Notes: generated by a model from the letters alone, not told the origin. A DNA stretch of 64,000 bases from Octopus bimaculoides (GCF_001194135.2 NC_068983.1:92162129-92226128); one strand, 5' to 3'; positions 1 to 12,010 are shown, counted from the first letter of the stretch. Numbers and translations are program-made.

Positions 1-43
<43 letters not shown>

Positions 44-57
44 ATATACATATATGC
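1..57. repeat. (TA)n/(TATG)n microsatellite
   Basis: Directly visible at window start. Confidence 0.95.
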
Positions 58-379
58 TATGGGAATAATAATAATAGAACACCCATCTCTCATGATAACT
101 GGTGTGTGCTGGTTGTTACAAATACTGTGATGTCAAGAAGTTGTAGTCGGTCATAGATAGCCGTTTCTTACTTGTCTAACTAACTATACTGCTATACTGA
201 AGTGGATGTTGTAACTGTCCAACATTGGATTACAACTGTAGTGATGAGGAATTACCAAATTCATGAGGAATTAATAATCTTATGAGTTAACAATGAGTTA
301 ACAATCTCATGATGATTAAACAAACTTACAAGACGTTACGAAATGCACAAAAGTGTTTTGTGTGAATTTTACAGTATGC

Positions 380-655
380 AAAAGTATGAAATTATTGAAG
401 ATTTGTTGGCTGATTTGCTTGAGTTGCAAAAACAGCAACAACAACAACTGAAAGAATAACCTCAACAATTACTATTACAGTAATAGATGCTGCAATCTAT
501 GAATAATAGGTCAAAAATGCTGAAAAGATGTTTCCACCAGATTATGTAGCAAACTCAGTAACAGATTCTAAGTATGAACCAGGCAAAAGAGTTACCTTCG
601 AGGCATACTACAGGATATACAAACACTTCTTAAATAAAGCTTAAATATAGATTGT
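380..655 (+). mobile_element. Degraded Mag-like Ty3/Gypsy gag N-terminal fragment
   Basis: Manual translation gives Q-rich leader then ...PDYVANSVTDSKYEPGKRVTFEAYYRIYKH, resembling the F.YDP....TFEAWY.RY gag start of K02A2.6/Mag-like elements. In-frame stops present. Confidence 0.5.
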
Positions 656-659
656 GACA

Positions 660-1010
660 ACAATATGAAAATATGTCCTATCCTAAGAAAACTGGCAGTA
701 GGAGAATATGAACATTACAGTATTATGTTTATAAAGATCTTTATCAACTGCGTATAAGTTTAGGAAGATCCCAACCAAGTTCTTTATGTCTCTAATTGTT
801 TCCTTCATATCTCTCTGGAGTTGTTTGTTGAATTTGTGATATTTAAATCTTCTAATAAGCTTGAAAAGGTCTTTTTCAAAAGCTTCTAATTCTGAAATAG
901 GTGGTGGATGTTTAGAAGATTTAAGGCCATATTTGTTTCTGTTAGATTTCTGCTTTGTATCAAGGAAGATGGCTTTCCATCTCATTCTTTGGAGCTCTTA
1001 AATTCCTGCA
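660..1010 (-). mobile_element. Penelope-like element, N-terminal (pre-RT) fragment
   Basis: ORF 683-985 KYGLKSSKHPPPISELEAFEKDLFKLIRRFKY..FNKQLQRDMKE matches the YG(F/L)KS..PP...EL..FE.DL leader I recognise in GIY-YIG Penelope-like elements. Confidence 0.6.
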
Positions 1011-1348
1011 GGCACACTGTGAGGTTTAATATGTCAACCTATAAAATACTGTATGGGTAAAATGTTTTGACTTTCAGAAAATTTTGGCTGTCGCATTTGT
1101 ATTTGACTTTACACCTTATAGTTATTTCAACTTCACTTTTAAGAAAGCCTTTGACTGTTTTACAAATTTAAGCTTAAGTTTAACCAAGGTTTATTTTTAT
1201 TGTTTACTCATGTATTTAATTATGTGACATCAATTTATTGTGCAATTTCATCATTTAAACACTTTAATATTATATATACCAGACAGTTTTTTAAAATGTT
1301 TGCGTATATACGTTATGATATATATATTTATCTTGCCATGAAGATATG

Positions 1349-1360
1349 TCTCTCTCTCTC

Positions 1361-1415
<55 letters not shown>

Positions 1416-1456
1416 CTAATCTAATTTAATCTAATCTAATCTAATCTAATATCTAA
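1349..1456. repeat. Compound microsatellite (CT)n(AT)n(GT)n(CTAAT)n
   Basis: Directly visible; abuts the Helitron 5' end. Confidence 0.9.
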
Positions 1457-4400
1457 TCTAATAAGATATAAAATAGAGATGTATGTGTATTCACTTTTCA
1501 CACGAAAATGGCTTCACCAATTGCTTTCATACTTGTGATGCATGCATAATTTGACCTCAGACAAATAATAGGCTGTTCATTTGATTTTTATATGAAAAAT
1601 TATTAAAAATAAAAAAATATTGCTTATTACATTAACATCTTAGAAAGTTTTTAAAATATCTACTTCCAGTTTTCTAGCATCAGTGACGTAACATCTCTGT
1701 TTATGTATATCTGTCTATCCACCTCTCTCTCTATCTCTCTGTAACATATCTCTCTCTATATATCTCTTGTTTTCACTTGCATTTTTCAGATGCTATTCTT
1801 TTCACTTTCAATTTTCATATGCCATTGTTTAACTTCCATGTTACTGTTTTCACTGTAAGTCTAAGTTTTCGAATCACTATTTACAAACAAACAACAAATT
1901 ACTGACAGAAGTATCTTCATAAATTTCAATTCAGTCCGTATGGTTTTGTGTTTTTCTGTTGTTGATGGTTTCTTTCTGCTTCCTTTGATACTAGCTCTTT
2001 CTTTCACTGAGTGACAAATTTAGGTTCAACCCATACAATACTTTATTTTCCATTAAAATTTATTTATTTTCTGTCCATCATATTAAGAAACATAATTTTC
2101 ATTACCAAGTTATTTTCATTATTTACTTTCATGTACACTCGTATATTTCTGTACACATATACAACCATGCCTAGAAGGAAAGTGTCAAATTTGTCGGCAT
2201 GACTACAGATTTTTGCACCCCCAATTTGAATGATCATACCTTTCAGAAAAATGGATATTTTTTAATAAATTTTTTTACGAATCTATATGTAGATTGTAAA
2301 TATACAAAATTTTTGGAGGGTAAGTGTTTTAGGAGGGGGTGGAGAATTTTTGAAAATTCACTAGGGTCCACTTCAATTTGTCTTAACTTTCAAGGAAATA
2401 GATATTTTTTGATGAAATTCTCAACAAATATACCTATGCAGATTCCGAGGACATAGAAAGTTTGGGGAAAAACAATTTGGGGTTATTTTTGAGAACTGTT
2501 CCCCACTTGGTGGGTGTTTCGGAACAAGTTGTCCATATTTGTTTCATTTGAATTGAAGTGGACTCCGGTGAATTTTCTGAAATACCCCACCCGTTCCTAA
2601 AACACTTTCCCCCAAAATTTTAGTATATTCGGAATCTACGTGATATAACACATATTCATAAAAAGCTTCAGTAAAAAAATATCCATTTTTCTGAAAGTTG
2701 TGATCATCCAAAGTTGTGGGGGTGGGAAAGAAATCTGTAGTTATGCCAATTTATCTACAATATCAATGTTGGCCAAAAGAATGTCTCTGTCCAGGAAAGA
2801 GAGATAGCTGCATAAATGGAAGCATGCCAATAAACGAACAGACTGTGCACTACAAAAGTCAGAGCATCTGAATATAATGAACAGAGGTATGCATGCTGAC
2901 AAGGAATAGGATCTCCACTGCAGAATGAAGAGCAGTTGCAACAGCTCAGAGAAGCAACTTCTATGAAGCAGCTTTGAATTATGATCCAGCAGTTCATTAT
3001 GCAGATGACACTAGAGTTTCTGTTGGTGCAATGACAACTGAGTGCATACATTGTAAAGCAGAGAAGTAGTCTGGAGAGACACCTGCATTGTGCTGTGGTG
3101 GTGGAAAGGTTAAACTCCTTGCAATCCCCCAACCTCCAGAGCCATTAAAGAAACTGTTATCAACTGACCAAGATTCCAAGCACTTCCAAAACAAAATTAG
3201 ACAGTACAATGCTGCACTACAGATGACATCATTTGGAGCCACAAGAAATATAACTGAGCTAGAATTCAAGCAAATTATCAAGGTCCAAGGTCAGATTTAT
3301 CATTGGTTTGGCTCTCTGCTACCACTGTCAAATGAATCATCAAAATTCCTTCAAATATATTTTATGGGTGATTCTCAGCAAGAAGGGCAAAGGAGTTGCA
3401 AGAACATTTCCGGCATCAGGATGAAAATTGTAGTGTCTCTGCAAAAAATGCTACTTAATGACAACAACCTGATCAGAAGCTTCAAGACTGCAGTTGAAAC
3501 AATTCCACCTGACTTCATGGATTACAAGGTAGTTATCAGATCAGATAAAAAAATCATCTGGTCAACATGGAAGGAAGTTTAATGCACCAATAGCAAATGA
3601 AATAGCTGTGCTTCTGGTTGGGTAAGAACATGACAAGCCTGACATTGTCCCCATCTCAGAGACACTGATAGACACAGTCCAGTTACAAATGGAAGCTCCC
3701 AAAAATACTACACTCACAGCATTCTTCAAGCTCTGTGAAGATGATGAATTTGCTACAAGACTTCTATACAATGAAGTTCTACAATTCTATACCTGGTACC
3801 AAAACAAATGGAAAAGATGTGCACTTGGAGCACCCACACATCATTCGGGAGTCAAGAAATCAGACACACTTGGCAGAGTCTGTGTTGTCCATCCCAACTA
3901 CTAAGAGTGCTACTATCTAAGGCTTGTATTACACCATGTCAAAAGACCCACATCATTAACAGCCTTACATATGGTTGATAACACAGTATGTCAAACATAT
4001 CACCAGCTTTGCCATCTCAGAAGTCTTCTGGAAGGTAATGCACACTGGGATGTCACTCTAACAGAGACACAAATGTGCAAGTCTCCTATGCAGCTTAGAA
4101 ATTGCTTCTCCATCATGGCAACATGATGGGTGAGAATGTCTTCATTCCAAGGATGACTCTCATCTAAAATGATCTCCCTTTTCAGTTCAAGAGGCTGCAG
4201 TTTTCTGTCAACCTTAGCTTTGCAATGTCTATCAACAAAGTACAAGGTCAGTCTCTAAAGGTGGTAAGACTTAACCTCCTTCAACCTTGCTTCTCTCATG
4301 GTCAGCTATATGTTGGATGTTCTAGAGTTGGAGATGAAAAGAACCTCTACATTCTCAGTGATAAACATAAAACACAGTATATGAAGAAGCACTTACATGA

Positions 4401-4853
4401 ATAGTAGGTCCATGTCATATACAGAAGTGTAAAACCATTGAGTGTTAAAGTATTACTATTACTATTACACTTTCACTTTTCGACTGACATGCATGAATGT
4501 ATATCTGTGTATAAAAGTGAAACAATGTGATACATTCGCTGTCTGTTTGTGCACGCGTGTGTGTGTGTGTGTGTATGTGTGTGTACTCTACACAAGGCCT
4601 TTCATTGTTTATAATCTGTTTTTTGGTTACAAAATAAGTTAGACAGATGTGTATTTACTTTATATACCTATATGAGTTGAAAACTTTCTTTTCACATTTC
4701 ACTTAACATCTATGTTCTGTGTTGGCATGGGTTGCAGCGTTATGTAGAAAGCTGGTATCTCAACTACTAGCAGTTGAGATCTGTGTCATTTAGACAGCGT
4801 TTTTAAATTTTATTATTTTCTTTAACCCAGGAAACACCAGGTATTTCTGCTAG
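1457..4853 (+). mobile_element. Non-autonomous Helitron (internally deleted RepHel)
   Basis: 5' A|TC at 1456/1457. 3' subterminal hairpin remnant cccaggaaacaccagg, then CTAG|T at 4850-4854. Rep N-terminal motifs CIHCKAEK..ETPALCCGGGKV, FQNKIRQYNAALQMTSFGA, KVQGQIYH, FLQIYF. Post-Rep TTLTAFF..LLYNEV..YTW and GRVCVVHPN. PIF1 C-terminus RLQF..FAMSINKVQGQSL...FSHGQLYVGCSRV. Confidence 0.88.
2196..2747. mobile_element. MITE with long TIRs, GG...CC termini and 8-bp TSD (Merlin-like)
   Basis: Left GGCATGACTACAGATTT..TTCAGAAAAATGGATATTTTTT is the reverse complement of right AAAAAATATCCATTTTTCTGAA..AAATCTGTAGTTATGCC. Flanks aatttgtc (2188-2195) and aatttatc (2748-2755). Confidence 0.85.
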
Positions 4854-6119
4854 TATATACATGTGTGTGTGTGTGTGTGTGGGCATGTGTTTGCCTATAT
4901 ATTAACTTGTATATTTATATGCGTGTCTATATGCATGTGTATTTGTATGTGTGTTTTTATTTATGTAGATATGCATGTCATTCTATATGTGCATTTTTAT
5001 ATGTGTGCATTTCGCAAGCTGAGTGAAGTATCTAACTTTTGTTAGGTACTTATAGGAATGCCAATCATTTTACTCTCTCTATCTCTAATTTTCTGTTTCT
5101 CTTTCTTCTTTTCCCTTTCCCCCCACCACTTGTTATTCTCTGATTTTTTTCTTTTTCTTTCTTTCACCTGTAACAACTGAGTTGTATAAGCATACACCAG
5201 GAGGTTTTACGTGCGCACATGTGTGTACGTATGTGCATAGATATTTATGTTATACTTATATATGTCTGTAGCCATGTACCTACGTCTCTATGTTCAATGT
5301 ATATATGTATATTATAGACTGTTTGGTATGTGTATGTATTGCTAAATGTATGTATATTTCAGCGTGAAATTTCTTTTTATTTTAAACGGATATATCTTTT
5401 AATTTGTTATTATTTTTACCGCTAATGATTTACCCAGGATATTTAGACCTTTTTCCTTCTACATAAGCTATTTTTGATTTAAGGTTTACTACAATTTTTA
5501 TATGATTTTAAACTGCAACTGTTATTTCATGCAGCCGATTATTGTAAAGACTGTTAGTTGAAAGGACCAATGAAACAAAACCATTTTCAAATGTGTATCT
5601 ATCAAAGTAATTGTATTTCTGCATATAACTTTATCTCACTCCATTCTAAACAAAGCTGTCTGTCTGACGAATGGGAACATGAAACACTGAGTAACAGTTT
5701 TTGTGATATTTTTGATGCTTTTTAATAAAGCATATTATTCTACCTCTGCTATTCGAGTACTATTTTTTCCACCTTGTTTCACATTTATGTGCTTATTCTG
5801 GTATATATATATATATATATACATATACATACATACATACATACATACATACACTAGGGTTGGGTCAGGACCTAAAGGACGATTGATACAAACTATGGGA
5901 GTAAAGAAATCCCAGTGTCGGGTATTATTCCAGGTAGGAATATTTTAAGTTTTCAACTAAGCAGGAGTTAAGGGCTAAATAGAATTTTTTTTTTTTTTGC
6001 CAGCAGGCTAGAATTAATCAAATGTTTTATTAAGGAGCTTGGCCAGTCAGTCTAACAACTTGACCAAAAATTCCAAAATCTGTTCCCAATGCAATATATT
6101 AATTTATCTTTCTTGATAT

Positions 6120-8340
6120 TGAAGATAAATACTTGTGTGCCAGGATGCTGCTGTACCCCTCCAAATGCAGGAGTTGTCTCGTCAGGTATTGAAATGGCAC
6201 CGTAGATGTTTTGACACCTTTCACTGCATTACCAGGTCTGCCCAGGGCTACCTACAATGTAGGCACCAAAACTCCCACACAATGACACAATCGTTGTTGA
6301 ACCAAATGTTGTAACTCTGGGCCAGATGTTTCTGCCATCTTCCGTGTTCATTCTTGCTACACCTTTCTCTTGAACTAGATGTAATAGCTTGCATTCTCAG
6401 TGGTTTCTGGTACCAGTTTTTGTCTCCTTTGCAACTCGTCCAAGACTGCTGGGGATCAAGTGAATCCTGGTTCCAACAAATCCTCTAACACCTATCCCTA
6501 CAGGAAGACATATTGCTTCCAATCCAATGTTTTCACAGAGTTCAACCAGCTCATTGTATTTTCAGTTTTTCCTGGAGAATGAGTTTTGATGATCCCTTCC
6601 CAGTGAACTGGCTGCTCTATTGTCTTTACAGCCTTCCTTTCTTTGCACCATATTTCCAACTCTTTAGATTAGCAGAACAAGGAATCATGTCATAGAACAA
6701 ATCAGAAAACTGTTTCTGGCCAGCTCCCTTGATTATGGACAGTTCTTTCCATTCTATTTTTCACCTAACTACAAACTCCTCCCGAGTGGTATGCTGACCC
6801 TATTGGCTACATTGTACAAACTCCATATAGTGACTTTTGCCTCTTCTTTCTTTTTCTGTTTGGTTACTGTAGTTCTTTCCTTCTTCTTGTTCATGGCATG
6901 GTTTGGTTTAAACTCACTGCTTTCAAGTCCTTCCCTATTAGTTTGCATGTGGCCCATTACATCCCCACATTCCTGAGATGCCATAAACTTTTCCATTGAC
7001 TCAGAGGTTATCCACTCTGGTATTTTTTGAATTCTCATCTCCTCACTTCTGTGATCCATGATACAGTCTTCCCAGATTCTTCATCTATTGTTGGTCTTCT
7101 GTATTCTCATACTTCACATTTTTCTGCATGTTACAATGAGTGTTACATTGCATGATTTCTTTGCTTTAATTCTTGCCCAACTTATTAGCTCATCCAATCT
7201 GCATGCAATTCTCATCGTTGATTTTTCATCACTAGCCAACAATGCTACATCATTTCTTAGGGGACTGAATCTTCATTTTGTAGTTGTGGGCCACTTATGC
7301 CTTGTAGGATGACTTCCATTCCAATAATGAACTAAATGACTGAAAATTACACCAAGCTGTAATTCTCACCTCAAATTGTTGTATAATCCATTGTGGTAAA
7401 TCTTGTGTTGAACTTGCCGTTATAATCCATTATCAGTTTGCAAACTTCTGGTGGGATCTGGAAAAGTTCCATGGCATATTCAAGCAGTTTGTGTGGAACT
7501 GTCCCAAAAGCATTTGTCAGATCAAGCCACACAAAAGCCAGGCTGCTCTTCTCCCTTTTTGCTCTCTGTGTGCTACCCCAGATCATAGTCACGTGTTTTG
7601 TGCAACCTGGCCCACCAAGGATTCCAACTGTCTGTACCATACAATCAATGTGTCCATTATCTATCCAGTGTCATAACTCCTTTGGCAACAATACCAAGGA
7701 ATATTTTCCTCTCTACATTTAGTAAATCAGCCTGAATTGGTGAAGAGTTGATGACTCTTTGGCAAGGTAGATACTTTCTCTTGTCCAATGACTCATGATC
7801 ACCTAAACTTTCTAAGCTCTTCAGAGAATGAAGAATAACTTGTTGGTCTGATTGGAGCACCTTTTGTAGACTTTGTAAGGGACACCATCTTGTCCCAAGA
7901 TACTCTTTGATCATGTTTTTTTTTTCATAAACATCTGAGTTTCCTTTATTCAAAAGTCCCCACGATTAAAATTTTCTCCTGGTGGTATTGGTTTTGATAC
8001 ACTCTGCATTGGTGGTATAGGAGTATGTCAAAGACAGTCACTATCTTTTGTAGAAATGTGCCTTGCTAGATATCAGGCTACTATTTCTGCTCTCTTGAAA
8101 TGAACATTTTGCAAACTTGAAAGGACTTTTGATAAACCCTCTCTGGCTCTCCTGCCTGGGCCTTCTTTCCCTCCTCTAAATATGTGTCATCTGGCAGAGG
8201 TGCCTTTTGACATCATTATAGAGCAGCTTCAACAGTGTCCTTTCTTCTTCACTTGCCTAAATCTGCATGTTCAAAGATTTCTCCTCCACTCTGACTTCTG
8301 AAAAATGGCTTCTTCTGCTATTGCCTTCTCATACATTTCA
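6120..8340 (-). mobile_element. RLE-type non-LTR retrotransposon, Hero-like, degraded
   Basis: RT segments LLNVERKIFLGIVAK and GGPGCTKHVTMIWGSTQRAKREKSSLAFVWLDLTNAFGTVPH. RLE segment KYNELVELCENIGLEAICLPVGIGVRGF at about 6480-6570. Stops, frameshifts and internal deletion. Confidence 0.72.
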
Positions 8341-8344
8341 AAAA

Positions 8345-8430
8345 CACAATGTATCACCTGGTCCAGGAACCAAAACCACAATCTTAAGATCATGAGTCCA
8401 ACACCCTAATCACTAAGCCACATGCGTCTA
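8345..8430 (-). mobile_element. tRNA-derived SINE head fragment
   Basis: Reverse complement gtggcttagtgattagggtgttggactcatgatcttaagattgtggttttggttcc resembles degenerate Pol III A/B boxes; no complete cloverleaf. Confidence 0.55.
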
Positions 8431-9005
8431 CTTACTTAAAGGGAGATGTAAATATATAAGCCATATGATTATTTCAAACGAAAATTAGTGGTAGTTATGG
8501 TTTGAAGAAAATAACAGATTAGTGTCATATAAATGATACTGATACCATAGTGAGAATATGTAATTGAATTGAATTTAAAATATATTTCATTAAAGATGAT
8601 CGATAAAGTATATTGTGCAATTTTATCAAGGAATTAATCTTTGTTTGAAAAAAGTAATTGCAGGTAGTTAAACCAAGTTTCAAAACAAATAAAAATACTA
8701 AGGAAGAAAAAGGAGTATACTGTCATTATTAGCATTAAGAAAAATATGTTGAGGTCTACTTTATAATTAATAATGTGATTGTTAAAGCAACTATAGTTGA
8801 ATTTATTAACCTTTCTTACTAACAACATATTTATTGCTAATTATTAATTTTTTATTATATAAAATTATAATTATTGTTTAGTTCTTTTACAGTAAATGTA
8901 TTCCATAAACCATAAGTTATTAAATATAAAACTTAGCAAAAATTTCAGATCAAGTGTTAACATAGTTAATGTTATGAAGATATAATGCTAATTATTCGAT
9001 TTAAA

Positions 9006-9257
9006 TTAATTTAATTTGTCATTGTCATTGATTCTTTCTACTTTGCAACTACCAATATATGGCATAGCATATCTACTAGCAGACCATGAAATTTCATAAT
9101 CAATGTGCAATATTTTTAATTCCCAGATTTTAGCTGCCAATGAAGTTGATTTTGCTTTGCCTTCTCTCATAAAAGTGTGTGAACGATTATATAATCTTGA
9201 TTTGAAGTTGTTGGTCAAAGAGTTGATTTGAAGCCATAACTGTACATTTATAAACAA
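9006..9257 (-). mobile_element. Penelope-like GIY-YIG endonuclease C-terminal fragment
   Basis: NFKSRLYNRSHTF...KSTSLAAKIWELK...IDYEISWS...AMPY resembles the FK.R..NH..SF...T.LS..IW.LK...I.W.I...A.PY tail of Penelope-like elements. Confidence 0.6.
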
Positions 9258-9909
9258 TATTTTCGATTAAACATTTATTATTCAGTGAACATTCAGTTTT
9301 CTCTTATTGCATAATTGCTTATTTATCATTTGTGTATAAATACGAGATGCATTACCAATATTATTATCACAACTGTGGCTATTTTTATTACTTTTACTAT
9401 TTGAATTAGAAATTGTTGTTATTCACCAGATTTCCCCATGTATTTAGATTGTGACGACTGTTATGATCATTGCAAGCATTATAATTACTATTAGTCATGT
9501 GCTTGGACTCATTGTGGTTGCTGGTACCCAAAGATACCTTGATAAGAATAGTTTTTAGCACTCAAGTTGAATTTTGGGTGTTGCACATTATTGATGTTAC
9601 AGTATAAATGGTAATTATCACTGCCACGATCAGTTCCACAGTCATAGTTAGGGTTAGCCAAGGAGCAATTATTCCCGGAGTTAACTACACTGGGAGTCTT
9701 ATGTTATCTACTTAGACATTTGAAACTTGTCTTTAGGAGAAAGGTACAGAGGAAGGAATGGGGATTCTATTGGTGTGTTGATGTACGTTATTCTTATTTC
9801 TGGAACAATTTTCTCATTTTATAATGATTGATAGCAACTATACTATCAACCAAGCTAGGTGTAATTGAGTATGAAACTGAGTGTTTACTGGCAAGTTAAA
9901 TTCTATCAT

Positions 9910-10762
9910 GGATCTTTCTGATTTGGCGGGTGCCACTTGTTTTCTTAACGAAACACTTTCAAACTTGGGACACTGGTAGAATGTATCATATAAAACATCT
10001 TTTACTCTTAGTGTTATTGAGAAAGTTTTATCTTTTTAAAGTTATTTCATGTTAAAATTGTCGTATTTCGGTAATTTCAACCAACCACTGACGTCTATTG
10101 AGGTGAAAACAATTACTCCTGTGGAATGTAAACAAAACGTTCTAGCGGTGTAATGGGATCTTTTCCCTTGAATAAAATTAGTGCCGTTGTTTGTCAACAA
10201 CAACTCTCGGCGGTACTGTTATTTATGACATCGTTCGTGCATTTGTACTGGTTTTAGCTTTAGGATTTTAGGGTAAGGGTTTGGGTTAGGGTTAGGGTTA
10301 TGAGTATTTGGCAAAAATACTCATAACCCTAACCCAAACCCTAACCCTAAAATCCTAAAGCTAAAACCAGTACAAATGCACGAACGATGTCATAAATAAC
10401 AGTACCGCCAATAGTTGTTGTTGACAAACAACGGCACTAATTTTATTCAAGGGAAAAGATCCCATTACATTGCTAGAACGTTTTGTTTACATTCCACAGG
10501 AGTAATTGTTTTCACATCAATAGACGTCAGTGATTGGTTGAAATTACCGAAATACGACAATTTTTAACATGAAATAACTTCAAATATAAAAATTTTTCTC
10601 TGTTCTATAAGACANNNNNNNNNNAATAACTTCAAATATAAAAATTTTTCTCTGTTCTATAAGACAAAATATACAAGTATACGAAGTTTTAAAGTGTTTC
10701 GGTAGAAAACACACTAAATAAAACATGAATAAAAAGTGGTGTCCGCCAAATCAGAAAGATCC
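9910..10762. mobile_element. Foldback (palindromic) DNA element, GG...CC termini, perfect 8-bp TSD (Merlin-like)
   Basis: TIR GGATCTTTCTGATTTGGCGG / CCGCCAAATCAGAAAGATCC. TSD tctatcat at 9902-9909 and 10763-10770. Inner arms about 10040-10309 and 10315-10581 nearly perfectly inverted around a 5-nt loop. Contains a 10-N gap. Confidence 0.9.
10253..10365. repeat. Inverted telomere-like repeats, (TTAGGG)-like facing (CCCTAA)-like
   Basis: tttagggtaagggtttgggttagggttagggtta-tgagtattt-ggcaa-aaatactca-taaccctaacccaaaccctaaccctaaaa. Confidence 0.85.
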
Positions 10763-11019
10763 TCTATCATTGCTATCCTGCTGCTCTCCTATATACCTGT
10801 ATTCACCAATCACTGCATTTCACCATCTCCTCCTCACTCGCTGCTTTGCAGTCTTGTGAAGTCACTGCTCAAGCATCCTGTCCAGTCCTTTGCACCATTT
10901 CTCTTACCTTTAGGCCAAGCCCTGGCACATCACCACCATCTTTTCATTCTCTCTCCAACTTTTGTAACTATATATCTCCTCTATAGCAAGATACCTGTTT
11001 CTGTCCTGCTATCATAGTT

Positions 11020-11300
11020 TGACCTCTTATCACCTGGCACAAAGCCACCACCCTCGATATCACCCCACCCCCCTCAGTTGAAGAGTCTTTGTCTTACTAG
11101 CTGACCTTGCCAGTGCTGATGTCATGTAAAAAGCACTCAGTACAGTCTGTAAAGTGTTTGGTGTTGGGCTGGTTGTTTCGTCAAAGAAACCATGCCAAAA
11201 TTAACTGTAGAACTTGACACTGTCCTCTGGCTTACCAGTCCTTATTGCACCATCCAACCCATGCTAGCCTGGAGAGTGATAATGATGATTATGATGATAT
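11020..11300 (+). mobile_element. SINE body and tail ending in (GAT)n
   Basis: Shares gtaaaaagcac...ccaacccatgctagc..(gat)n with the copies at 19900 and 42825. Confidence 0.5.
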
Positions 11301-11589
11301 GCATATGTGTACAATCCTATCTTTACACATGTAGCCAATCAAATGCTTCCTATTTGCTTTTGCTTGTGTTTTCTGAATATTCCCTTGAATAATTTCCACT
11401 TTCATTGTCCAGATTTTGTTTGACAATCATAGCTGTAAAAGTCTGAGTAAAGAAATTTAGACTTTCAGTTTAAAATATTAAAAAAATTATACTCTGCTTT
11501 CAATATCAAATATTTTCTTTTTTCCTTCTTGTCTACATTAAAGTCCTTGCATTCAAGTATTTACATGTGTTATAGCCTTATGCAAGGCA

Positions 11590-12010
11590 CATCATCATCT
11601 TTTCACATCTTCAGTCTACTGCTGGACAAAGGCCTCAGTATGTTCTCTCCATCAGCCACAGTCTGATATTTCCTCATTCATGTTTGGATGCCAAAGAATT
11701 TAATAAAATTCTTCATTCCAACCTCTGCATGGTCTTAATCCTCTTTATTTTTTCTGGACATGGTATCCACTCAGTTTGCTATTCCATCTATTTTCCTTTC
11801 TTCTAAACACATCCCACAAAAGACTGTTAAGCCTGTTGCTACTCTTATCCTGTTGTTTCTCCACTTATCCATTTTCTTAATCTTCAGCTTTCTCCTTTCC
11901 ATGGCTTTTTATGTTGATATTAATTTATTTTCAATGTTCTGGTTGGTAGTCCATGTTTATGATGTATATGTAATGGTATGCAGCACACAGATAAAGAGTG
12001 TCCATGTGTA
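11590..12010 (-). mobile_element. RTE-clade LINE 3' fragment
   Basis: Minus-strand TWT...IENKLIST*KAMERRKL resembles RTE ETWTL...ENKL..AQRAMER; the 3' end leads into a (CAT)n tail. Confidence 0.55.

Noticed and set aside
1200-5948. Short ORFs rich in CV/YI/IY (also 24061-24157, 26372-26641, 57123 start, poly-Tyr 61289-61516)
   Set aside because: Translations of microsatellites.
8345-8430. tRNA genes (also 57600-57710)
   Set aside because: A/B-box-like heads run into SINE bodies and do not form a full cloverleaf.
10253-10365. Ancestral chromosome end-to-end fusion site
   Set aside because: The inverted telomeric repeats are very short and sit inside a TIR- and TSD-bounded element, so a transposon origin is more parsimonious.
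10575-10666. Direct repeat aataacttcaaatataaaaatttttctctgttctataagaca on both sides of a 10-N gap
   Set aside because: Typical unmerged contig overlap, i.e. an assembly artefact.
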